Below are positions 39,901 to 51,332 of a DNA stretch of 64,000 nucleotides, in pieces. The DNA is from Lobosporangium transversale. Its lineage: Eukaryota. The DNA is taken from positions 124,001-188,000 of the forward strand of contig NW_019029019.1 in assembly GCF_002105155.1 (NCBI RefSeq). Direction: 5' to 3'. The notes beneath the pieces were generated by a model. It did no database searches and was not told the origin of the DNA. It saw only the letters and a list, made by a program, of their open reading frames with translations. The translations under genes were made by a program, and so were the position numbers. Positions within the stretch are counted from its first letter, which is position 1. Each line of letters starts with the position of its first letter.

Positions 39901-39974
39901 TTTGTTCAACTGCTAAAGATTAAACCGCGACTACTGATTCAAGAAAAAAAACATTAATGTTGAATAGAAAGCCA

Positions 39975-40601
39975 GGAAAGTACATTGCCTCGAGCAGTGA
40001 AGATATGACAGTGCGAGTGTGGGATGCAGAGATAGGCGAGTGCTTGATAGTTATCCTATCTGAAGGTGGAGAAGTTACAATGCTTGTATGGAATACCTTT
40101 GAAGAGGGCTGCTTTTTGGTCACAGTATCTATGAATGCCACTGTTCGGATGTGGCAGATCGTGGAAGAGGGCGATCAATATCAGTATCGGCTGAAATGGT
40201 GCACGAAACAGACAGTACTTAATGCTGACAACATGTGTATTCAAGATGTAGTTGGATTGGGCGTAGTCAACAGAGAGCTTCTGATGCAACGAGGTGCAAT
40301 AAAAGAACAGTCCCATCCGTTAGCCGTATGTGAGGCATCCAAACAGACTGTGGCAGCATCACCAATGGCATACAAGTCCAAAGCTGCCTCAAGTCAAGCT
40401 GATGACCATCAATCCCTATCAGTGGAGACATCCCTGGAGACATCCCTGGAGACATCCCTGGAGACAGAGGCTTTGAGAGGAGGAACACTGTGGACAACAA
40501 TGACAGCAGCAAGTCAATCGATCAATGACTACCGATTCAAATACAGCATGTGCAGTGAATGTAGGTTTGCACATGTTATTTCATGCAGACCTCGCGACTA
40601 A
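39975..40601 (+). pseudogene. Startless inverted copy of the last WD40 repeat and C-terminal tail of the NACHT-WD40 gene
   Basis: GKYIASSSEDMTVRVWDAE...CRFAHVISCRPRD* aligns without gaps to 51332-50706; paired coordinates sum to 91307 at both ends. Confidence 0.95.
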
Positions 40602-42000
40602 GGGAGGCAATAAACAGTATGCCATTGAGAGTAAAGAATAAAGTGAAGAGCTGTTTGATGATTGATCACCTTAAAATGAGAATAATGTACAATTGTCTTT
40701 TACTTGACTAGCATGACACGACAAATTCGCTTCTATATTCATTTCTTTCGTGCAGATGTGTGTCTTGTCCATGTGTACCTGGTTGATCTGAATGCCGTAT
40801 CCTATGCTCTGAATCAGCGGAAACATCACTGAGAACTCATAGTGTGCACTGTCATTGCTGAGAACTGCGAGAATATTCGCCTTGTGTCTGTACACGAGCA
40901 ATATCCACGATCAAGAACAAACGCTTTACAAGCAATTGCATCAAACACTGAGTGCCATCAAAGCAATCGTTCTTTCTCTTTGTCGTATAAAAAATAAAGG
41001 TATCGCTTTTTTTGAGATCTTCCAATCGTTTTGGATAACAAAAAGTATTAGAGCTTTGCCCTTTCTCGTTTAGACAATTTCCTGGTACCAAGTATTGCGC
41101 ACCTTGAGTACATACAATTCACTTTGATCTCTTATGGGCTCTTGAAGTCAATAGCAACACAAGTTCCCTCTGCTTTATCAATGAACCTGAAAATGAGGAG
41201 GACACAAACTAAGGGGGATAACTCACGTTTATCTTATTGTCAACAGTTACCTCATCTTTGACGCTATCTTCAAAATCGTTAGGCGCCTTGTCTTTTACAG
41301 CGGAGAAAAGGTCTCTCTCTAATAAATGTAGAGCGGTAATAATAGAAGGTGAAGGTGAAGGTGAAGGTGGATGGGAGTGTAACATCGAAGATCTCAACAG
41401 GCAATGTGCCCCTGGATCAGGGCTTGAGCTCTTCCGAGCTGAGATTGTAGTTATAGAGGCCGCATGAGGAATAGCGGATGTTGGGGTAGGCTTGACATCA
41501 TCATCTTTATGGTGGTAGTCGCACTAACTCTGCCATTGTCGTTCTGGTCCGAGGAGGCTGAGTCCTCCTTAGGATGCGTCTAGAGGAAGCCGCGGAAGCA
41601 GTGGGTATTGTGACCGTAGGATGGCGAGTCCTAGCTTCCGATTGCGAGGTAGTCTTTTCAGGTTTCTTTGGCTCGGAGACATCCCCAAGTGGATCAAGGT
41701 CGACATCAAGGGCAATTCAAGGCCTCGAGCTGCGATTCTGTCATGTGCGAGATTGCCGGTAACCGCCTATTGAAAACAGAAGAATAGACATGGAGGCAGT
41801 TGCTAGAAATGACAACTATGCTTTGGAAGTTAAAAAAAGTTGTAAAATAGAATTATGCGCTTTGATTTTTTTGATAAATTAATTAGCGTGGGGAAACAAA
41901 GATATGGAAATTCAATTCAAATGAGAATGTGCACATGCACTTGCTGGAAGAAAGAAAGGTGAGATATTGCACCTGCATGGATCAATTTAAATAAATCCTA
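39975..42000 (+). repeat. Left arm of a ~2 kb inverted repeat (partner ~49260-51332)
   Basis: 40265-41354 appears identical to the reverse complement of 49953-51042; the mirrored 81, 76, 79 and 72 aa ORFs in the track are identical. The flanking portions are clearly diverged. Confidence 0.95.
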
Positions 42001-42617
42001 ATTAATCTTTCATTTTTTAATTTCTGCCGAGAGACTACACTTACAAAACACCATTGCAAGGAGCATGTCATCATACGTCGTCCCACTGTCTGGTGCACAG
42101 TGACTGGTGAAGTCATCTCCATGTATCATCCCGAGATTGCCTACCATCCTCAGCTGCCACCTTCATACGTTGCTACTCATCCGGGTGTGATCACACCTCT
42201 CCAGACCCCAACTCATGAGCCCCTGTCATCTGTCTCAACATCCTCTCCCATGTCTCCTATGACGCCTTTGACTCCTATGGCTCCTCCTCCTACCTTAAGT
42301 GCTACGGATCTGATCCGTATTGATGAGTCTAACCTTCTTCCTCCTCTTCATCGTCATTCATACCATTCGCGCCCATACTCACACCCTCCCAATGACTTTC
42401 TGAGTAGGATTTTCTATTCTATTTTGATTCAATGGCGACCACAAACTTAAATATTTCCACCTGATTTAAGAAATTATTATTTAGACATTTTGCGGTTTAT
42501 TTGGAAAAGTTTATTTGCCATTGATCCTGTTTGAAAAAAATAAATCGGTCACATCAAATAAAGCTGCCATTCTTTTCACTCTGATAGACAGCGATAGCAA
42601 TTGAAGGATTAGAAGAA

Positions 42618-43773
42618 ATGTATGGCTTTTTATTGGATTCGCAGTACATCTCTGATCACTTGGTTAAGGAGCGGCCACCCCATTCCTTTTTGGAAAGATT
42701 CACAGGACTTTCAGACAGTGAGTTTCGTACGATGTTCGGGACCACACGAGGGGATTTCTCAGCTCTTCTGAATGTCATTGGAAATGACCCTGCATTCTCT
42801 AACTCTTCCTCGCGTGCTCAAACACATCCTGCTTGGCAACTGGCAGTTACCCTATCTCGGCTTGGTGTAAATGGTACAGGTGTAAGTGCATCAAATATGC
42901 AAGCGATTTTTAGAATTGGGACTGGAACGGTGACGCTCTTTACTGATCGTGTTTTGCAAGCATTATGGAAGATGAAAGTTGACTGGATTGTATGGCCAAA
43001 CGCCGCAAAAAGGACAAAGATGGGACAAGCCATGCGGGAGGAGGGCTTTCCCAATTGTATTGGGTGCATCAACGGGACTACCCTCCCTCTTTATAGATGG
43101 TGAAGCTTACTTTGATCGCAAGAGGAGGTATGAACGCTGTGCTCATGAGTATCTTCAGCTCCAGAACGCATTACTTCCTAATTATTATTTTTTGTATAAA
43201 TAGATACTCCGTTAACATGCAGGTCATCTGCGACGTGGACAAGCGCATTATTGGGACACATCTTGGTTGTCCTGGTTCCTGGGATGATTTCACTGTTTTC
43301 AAAATGATGCCTCATTACCAGCTACCACAGCAATTCTTCTCGCCTGGGGAGTACCTTATTTCCGATTCAGCATATGACTTGTCGGAGACTTGTATCCCCC
43401 CATACAAGACTCCTGCGACAAATGAAAACAGGGAATTCAACTATTGCATTGATAAATCCCGTCTAAGAATCAAGGAATGTATTGGAGTCTTGAAGTCCCG
43501 ATGAGGCTCATTACAGGAAATGAGGCAACAGATTCGATCAAAGGCAGATATGCAGAGACTAGTCCGATGGGTTGTGGCATGCTGTGTGCTCCATAACATG
43601 TTTGCACACCTCGGAGATGAATGAGAGGAAATATATCTGGAGGAAATACTCGAAGAGGATGATACAATGTTACATGAAGCAGAAGTATCAGAAACGGGCG
43701 CTCACAATTTCAGGGAGGTTTTGTAGAAAACCACTTTAGAGACCAATTATGCCAAAGGACGATTACCCTTGTG
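42618..43773 (+). mobile_element. PIF/Harbinger (DDE_Tnp_4, HARBI1-like) transposase pseudogene
   Basis: QLAVTLSRLG, FRIGTGTV..FTDRV, IVWP, GFPNCIGCINGT (D to N), YFDRKRRYSVNMQVICD, GCPGSWDD, YLISDSAY and ACCVLHN. Frameshift near 43095; stops near 43502, 43622 and 43724. Confidence 0.9.
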
Positions 43774-43798
43774 AAATTTTTTATTTTTTTTATATCTA

Positions 43799-44460
43799 TC
43801 ATTCCGGGAATATCGGGACACCAACTTTAGCAATATAGGTTTGTTCAACTGAAAACCCTTTATCCATCCCTGTCTGCATCAACTGCGCAACTTGCATTGT
43901 GAATTTAGCGTCAAGCTCTTTATGAAATCGTTGGCCATCGTTCTCCATCCTTTGCTTTTCGAGCTCGGGTCTTTGTATCGATATCTCTTGCTCCAAATTC
44001 AAATGCTGTTCTTCGAGCTCCAACTTTGATTCTATGCTTTCTTCTACTAAATGAAAGTGTGAGAAGAATTTCCACTCATGTACAGTACATTGACTTTTTC
44101 ATCTGATTAGCTAGGTCTTACCATTGTTTTTTTTTTTTTTTTTTTTTTTTTTTTTGGTTTACAGGGTAAGGTCCGAATGCAACGATGGTGGTTTTTTGCG
44201 TTCGTTCGTTCCTCGCGGACGCTTCCTGGAGGATGGTGACCGTAATGACTCGGCATTTGACAACTCTCGCTTCCATTGACGGTACGGCGTAGACGATGCG
44301 GTGGAAAGGCCATTTATATCACCAATTTCATGATCACCGTTGTTATCAGTATACATTCCACCTACTTCCAAGTCTGGATTGACGCCATCATCATCGATGT
44401 TATAGTTGATGCCACTCTCAAAGGTGGTATCATTCCGGTTGCCAGCTTGGGCATTGTGAG
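43799..44460 (-). mobile_element. Degenerate convergent ORF, probably the C-terminus of the Harbinger second (Myb/SANT-like) protein
   Basis: Lies tail-to-tail with the transposase. An acidic/Ser-rich segment is followed by a coiled-coil (LEEQHLNLEQE..ELEKQRMEND). The Myb domain itself was not recognised. Confidence 0.4.
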
Positions 44461-45504
44461 TATCTGAAGGCTGAGGCTAACAAAACACAGTTTGATCAAT
44501 GATGGAGCAGGCAAACGAAGAGGCAGCATTAAACGGCTGGAAATGGCTGGCTGACATATAAGTCCCGAAGAAGTTTTGTTGAAGGATTCGAGGCATTGGT
44601 AGGAGTAGCATTTATGAGTCCGGGGTTGGAGGTAATAAGATCTAATACAGCGATCTTGGAGGCGATAGTGCCTTTGGTCGCAATACGGATATGTTTAGCA
44701 GAAAGAGAAGAAATAAAATAGACAATGGCATAGCACTGCATGCATGTTGAAGGACCTTTTTATTTGGGTTTGTACTCCACAACACATACAAATAAGCTCT
44801 ATTAAAAGAAGTACAGTAATAGACCCTCACCTTGGGAGAAATACGAAAAAAAAGGGCATATTAAATTGTCAAGACATAAAGAAAAGCACACACAGCAATA
44901 GAATAGTAGGAAGATATTAATTGCACAGCATTTAAGGACCGCATTTTGAAATGAGTGTGTTCAATTTTCGTTACAACCATGTCCCCCACAGTTCATGGCT
45001 GTAAAGACTGGTAGCAAAGGGACAGGAAAACAAGGCATTCAGTACTGACAATGGTATAAAAAGACTTCTCCTCTCTTTCTTTCTCGCTTCCCTCATCCAA
45101 CCCAGTGGGGTGCAAACGAACAGATCACCTCCTCGTGGTGCATCCTGGGTTGTCTGCTTAACTGCGGGCAGTGCAAAGAGTCTGGTAACCTTTTTATTAT
45201 ACATATATATTTATTATTCTTCCCATGCCCGTAACTTGAAGTGGGTCTTTGACCCATTAAAGATCGGCATGGTCTTTCAGCATTTACAACATTTATACAT
45301 ATATATTACTTGTTTGAATGGGAAAGGGAACAAAGGAGTGCTCATGAGAGAAATGAATAAAGTGATTCATGCAGCAACTCTTGGATCCAACGTCTGACGC
45401 GCTTTTCAGGAAACATGGGAGGGTCGAGGAGAGTGCTAGGCGCGCCCTGACGAATCCGTCCTAATTAGAGCAAATGCTCCTTTAAAATTTTGAGTTCAAT
45501 CTTA

Positions 45505-45681
45505 CCCTCGCCAGAAAGTCGTAAACAAATATATTCTCAAGATTTTGAATTGAATAAAATACTTTGCCTTCCTTGTTAAAGAGACGTACAAAGCCAGTCA
45601 GCCAATTAAATATTCATACGTGATCCTCCAATTCAAACTGAGTATTTTAAAAAATATATTTGTTTACGACTTTCTGGCGAG
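45505..45681. mobile_element. MITE-like element, ~177 bp
   Basis: Perfect ~29 bp terminal inverted repeat CTCGCCAGAAAGTCGTAAACAAATATATT / AATATATTTGTTTACGACTTTCTGGCGAG. The left end is preceded by TA-CC; the right end lacks the matching GG-TA. Confidence 0.75.
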
Positions 45682-47789
45682 CTCTCCAGTTTGTTTTGGC
45701 AGGCATTTTGCTTTGTTGGACCTTGTGCTATAATCCTAATTGATTCTCACCATTTACTCCTTCTCATTAGCCCCACTCTCTCTTCTAATCCCATTTCCCA
45801 TCAATCTCATTCTCACTTCTGACACTCGCTTGCTTCACCTATTTATTGTTTATTATATAATAAACCGCAAAGAATTATAAAAGCTGTTCTGCAGAGGTTG
45901 TGATCTGCAAGCACAGGTATCTGCAGACAAGGCGGAATGACCTTTCTAAACTATGTGGCAGTTGTAGGATTAGTAAAAGAGTAGGTGTGAGCTATTCTTG
46001 CCCAGGTTGTGTCTCTACTTATGCACTGATATGGCTGTACTGTCAGACACGGAGCTTTGGTATTCGAATGATGAGTTTTTGATACTGGCGACGTAAGGAT
46101 TTCATCTGAAGAACCGATAATTCGGTCTGTATCTCAAAATTCATTTTTAGCACAGCATTGATGACCCTTATTATGGAGATTTGTCATTTCCATTTGAAAG
46201 CTCTTAACAATAATGCACAAGATCTTTATAAACTTACTGGATGGACTCTACGCCTCAAGGCATAGTGATGTCTCTTTATTTTGCTTCCATTCCAAAGCAT
46301 CACATAATTGATCCAAGTACGCTCTGCCGAACAACAAACCCCTTCCACTGCACAAACACTGAAAGAACTGTTGTCACCGTCATTGCTGATAGTTTGAGTC
46401 GACAACAAGCCTTCACCAATTCATCTTTTTTAAGAATTCATCTGTTCAGCCGCCACCGCTGGCATTGAGCAGGTTGCCGCTGGTTGCTCATCTTTCACCT
46501 CTGCTGCTTCCACTTTCCCTGATAAAGGAAAGAGCGTTCTTCCGCAACCACCAGTCAAGGAACTTGTCCCTGAGGACCCAAAAAATCAATTCTTTCCTTT
46601 TACAATCCCAGGCGTTCTCATTGAGATATTTTTCAGACTTATGGCCAAGGAGATCAAAAGATTGTTTTTATTATTGTTGCCAGGCAGGAGCTCTTTATTG
46701 AGGTCCCGCCATGACCGCCACACAATGTCTTGACCTTATGAATAAAAACGGAAGCGCCCTGAGGTGCACTCCAAACCTCGGTACGTAACACTCACTCGCT
46801 TTGCTCCTGTTGATATTGAATCCATCACAAACGTCGTATTAGATCGTGGCGTCTTTCCTCTGGCATGAACCAGTCGAAACACAGCACACAATACACTTTC
46901 ACATTCAAAGTCCCTGCCCAATGGATTTCTTATAAAAACTATAAAAACATCACTGTCTCTGACCTTGCTTTGGGTTGTATCCTCCAGGCTAACCAAGACC
47001 ACACAAACAATGGTCCTTACATTAGCTCTGAAGGTATTGAGCAAGCGTTGCACGGTGTCGAACGCAGAGCTCTTCTTAGACTGGCTGGTGGAGATGTACG
47101 ATGAGGAGGAGCCAAAGCAGCTCGCGAAGGAAATAGAGGCGCTTTATCCAACAAGGAAGCAAGAATCGTCAAGACCATCAGCTGGGCCTAGGACTGGTGA
47201 AAGGGTCCTCCCTCCTCAAGATGATGTCTCCCCCCAAGATGATGGCCTTCCTGCCATTCCATATGGTGAAATCAATACCAATCAAGAAGAGCTCCTACAG
47301 CATCTGATAAATATACAAGAAGAAATATAACCAGACAGTTTTACAGATAATCTCGCAAGTCTCTTCGAAGTCCGCTCCCTCAAAGCCTGTTTCCTCGAGG
47401 TCCAATTGCTCAAGGCCATCATTGAGTTCTACACATTATAGTGAACTACAGAGTCCACGATTAGCCAATGAGGTCCTACGTAGCCTCATTCATCAGGCAC
47501 AACCATCGCCTTCCCGTGCACGCACACGTCCACCAATGCTCAGTACTGCCCATGGCGCCTCGCTGTTCATTCAGATTCCAGAGTTAGGCGCTGAAGCGCA
47601 ATCTATATTAGAGTTAAGTCGACGGAACTTGCGAATGGCTCATGAGACATATGAAGGATGGTACAAATTGTATAAAACTCTTGCTCTTGGCACTATTCCG
47701 GTTTCTGACCAGTGTGCCGAGGTCCCACAATCACAACAGGCTCTAGCAAACATCCCATTTACCAAGGTCCAGCGCAAGGACAGTTTAAT

Positions 47790-48392
47790 GGGTATTTTTT
47801 TTCAATCGATCAAAAATGTGGGATTAGTTTGCAAGGCTCGGCAGGGCGATAGTGTTTGTGCTGTTGAATCTAAAAGTAATGCAAGTGGAAATGTTCGGGA
47901 AAGGCATGTCGCCCAACATCACGGAGAAGAGTATAGTGCTCTTCTCGAATCCCTAACTTATCAGTTTTCAGTCCCAAGGCGTAGAAATACCACAAGAAAT
48001 ATCGCAAGAAAATCCGCATGAGACGCCACTTGGAGATAAAGGAGACATACTCTTGACACCAAGAAGATCGAAGTTTGAGATTGTCAAGGACAAAGTAGTG
48101 GTTTCAAACATGGAAGAACCACATCAGCTTGGAAGAGGAACTTTAGAAAAGGCGTTTTTGCGGATGGTTGTCATCGATGGGCTGCCATTCTGGCTACTCA
48201 AGTCGAACTCTTTTACTGTTCTTTGCGGGGCAGGCTACTCAACGTACATTATAGTATTCCCGGTCAAGAAACCTTGCAAGCCAGACTGGGGGACTGTGTA
48301 CACGACTATAAGCTGAGGCCCAAGTAGGATGTTCACCGCGGATTGCTGGACCGGCATAGATCAAAGGAAGTACTTAGGTATCACTGTTATAT
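47790..48392 (+). mobile_element. hAT transposase relic
   Basis: BED-finger-like VCKA..C..SGN..RHVAQHH, then AFLRMVVIDGLPFWLLKSNSF, then FTADCWTGIDQRKYLGITV (first catalytic DxW) at 48329-48391. Broken by stops and frameshifts. Confidence 0.8.
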
Positions 48393-49259
48393 CCAATTGA
48401 AAGTAATAAAATATATAAACATTTATTAATACGGCAATTTCATAGATTGTGGTATATGCAAAGCGACAAACCTTCAGATGGAATCCTATGAGTAAAACGA
48501 GATTACTTCTTCACACTGGGTTTCTTGCTTTGAGAAGTAGATGGAAAGCCGGTGACGTGAAATTTAATTATATGGCCAGGCACCATCTCTCCTACAAAAG
48601 CTGCTACTTGGATCATACTGTTGGACCGCTACTGTCGTTATTCAATGTTGAATTCAAAAACGCAATATGATTTTTTAACGCCTCTTACTTTGCATATCTG
48701 CCTCAGGAAGACTTGTTCTACGAAATTACTAGCGTGGTATCTAGGGAGCATGAACTTCGATATATGCAGGCCATAATTAAGGGAAAGCAAAGGAGTTTGC
48801 AATGAAAACAACGTTATTTGAATAAGGAATCGAACTGAAAGAAGCCTAAGCAATAATGAGATAGATGAGAGGGGAGTAGTGATAGGAACTCTATTTACAC
48901 CAAGTTTGGTCAGTGTCTACAAAGATGGCTTCCAAGTAGTGAAAGAAAAAGTAGGCTGATGTGCGATCTTGACTCATTTTTGCATGTCAGTGCAGCTATT
49001 GGCTTTCACTTTCCTCAGTGGAAATACACGGATATATCTCCTTTTTTTGTGGACAAATGAATAAATATCCCCAACCATTCCAATCTTTTGGGGTGAGGAC
49101 ATCATTTACATTTTGCACTAATTGAGTCCTCTCTGCGCTGCATGTATCCCTTTTGTATTCACAACAGACCATTCATTCAGTTCTGTTTGATCAGCAATGA
49201 GGACAGCGGTTATATTCTTTTCTCAATTGAAAATTGATTAATGAATGTACCATCCGATT

Positions 49260-51332
49260 GATAATTCGGATCTTATTTGAATTAGATCATTATTCACGCC
49301 TTTCTCCCTTTCAGAATGTGCATGTACACACTTTCATTTGAATTGAATTTGCATATCTAATTTATTTAATTTCTCCACCATCGTTTATCAAATTATCAAA
49401 GCGCGTAATTTTATTTCATAATGACTTTTTTTTTTTATTTTACTCCCAAAACAGAGATATGATTTCTAACAATTGTCCTCAATGTCTGTTCTTCTGATTT
49501 CAATAGGCGGTTACTGATCACCTTGCACATGACAGAATCGCAGCTCGAAGCCTTGAATTACGCCTGATATTGACCTTGATTCACTTGAGGATGTCTCCGA
49601 GCCAAAGAAACCTGAAAACACTACTTCGCAATCAAGGACTAGGGCTCGCCATCCTACTATCACTATAGCCACTGCTTCCGCAACTTCTTCTAGACGCAGA
49701 CTAAGGTAGATCCAGTCTCCTCAGACCAGAGCAGCAATGACAACGGGAACCAGGGCGAGAGTTAGTGCGACTACTACCATAAAGATGATGGTGCCAAGCC
49801 TACCCCAACATCCACTATTTCACATGCAGTCTCTATAACTACAATCTCAGCTAGAAGACCCCAAGCTGATCCGGGAGCATATTGCCTGTTGGGATCATCG
49901 ATGTTACACTCTCATTGGCTCCCTCTCCATCAACCCCTCCACCTTGACCTTTCTTCACCTTCTATTATTACCGCTCTACATTTATTAGAGAGAGACCTTT
50001 TCTCCGCTGTAAAAGACAAGGCGCCTAACGATTTTGAAGATAGCGTCAAAGATGAGGTAACTGTTGACAATAAGATAAACGTGAGTTATCCCCCTTAGTT
50101 TGTGTCCTCCTCATTTTCAGGTTCATTGATAAAGCAGAGGGAACTTGTGTTGCTATTGACTTCAAGAGCCCATAAGAGATCAAAGTGAATTGTATGTACT
50201 CAAGGTGCGCAATACTTGGTACCAGGAAATTGTCTAAACGAGAAAGGGCAAAGCTCTAATACTTTTTGTTATCCAAAACGATTGGAAGATCTCAAAAAAA
50301 GCGATACCTTTATTTTTTATACGACAAAGAGAAAGAACGATTGCTTTGATGGCACTCAGTGTTTGATGCAATTGCTTGTAAAGCGTTTGTTCTTGATCGT
50401 GGATATTGCTCGTGTACAGACACAAGGCGAATATTCTCGCAGTTCTCAGCAATGACAGTGCACACTATGAGTTCTCAGTGATGTTTCCGCTGATTCAGAG
50501 CATAGGATACGGCATTCAGATCAACCAGGTACACATGGACAAGACACACATCTGCACGAAAGAAATGAATATAGAAGCGAATTTGTCGTGTCATGCTAGT
50601 CAAGTAAAAGACAATTGTACATTATTCTCATTTTAAGGTGATCAATCATCAAACAGCTCTTCACTTTATTCTTTACTCTCAATGGCATACTGTTTATTGC
50701 CTCCCTTAGTCGCGAGGTCTGCATGAAATAACATGTGCAAACCTACATTCACTGCACATGCTGTATTTGAATCGGTAGTCATTGATCGATTGACTTGCTG
50801 CTGTCATTGTTGTCCACAGTGTTCCTCCTCTCAAAGCCTCTGTCTCCAGGGATGTCTCCAGGGATGTCTCCAGGGATGTCTCCACTGATAGGGATTGATG
50901 GTCATCAGCTTGACTTGAGGCAGCTTTGGACTTGTATGCCATTGGTGATGCTGCCACAGTCTGTTTGGATGCCTCACATACGGCTAACGGATGGGACTGT
51001 TCTTTTATTGCACCTCGTTGCATCAGAAGCTCTCTGTTGACTGCGCTCAATCCAACTACATCTTGAATACACATGTTGTCAGCATTGAGAACTGTCTGTT
51101 TAGTGCACCATTTCAGTCGATACTGATATTGATCGCCCTCCTTCACAATCTGCCACATCCGAACAGAGGCATTCACAGATCCTGTGACCAGGAAGCAGCC
51201 CTCTTCAAAGGTATTCCATGCAAGCGTAGCATCATGTCCACCTTCAGATAGGATAACTATCAAGCACTCGCCTGTCTCTGCATCCCACACTCGCACTGTC
51301 ATATCTTCACTGCTCGAGGCAATGTACTTTCC
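49260..51332 (-). repeat. Right arm of the ~2 kb inverted repeat; includes the 3' end of the intact NACHT-WD40 gene
   Basis: Reverse complement of 39975-42000 (see that feature). Confidence 0.95.

Noticed and set aside
40433..40466. 12 bp tandem repeat GGAGACATCCCT (SLET repeats), mirrored at ~50841-50874
   Set aside because: A simple in-frame slippage repeat in a low-complexity tail, with no sign of function.
42100..42450. Pro/Ser-rich 116 aa ORF
   Set aside because: Low complexity, non-ATG start and no recognisable domain; it may be a fragment but cannot be supported.
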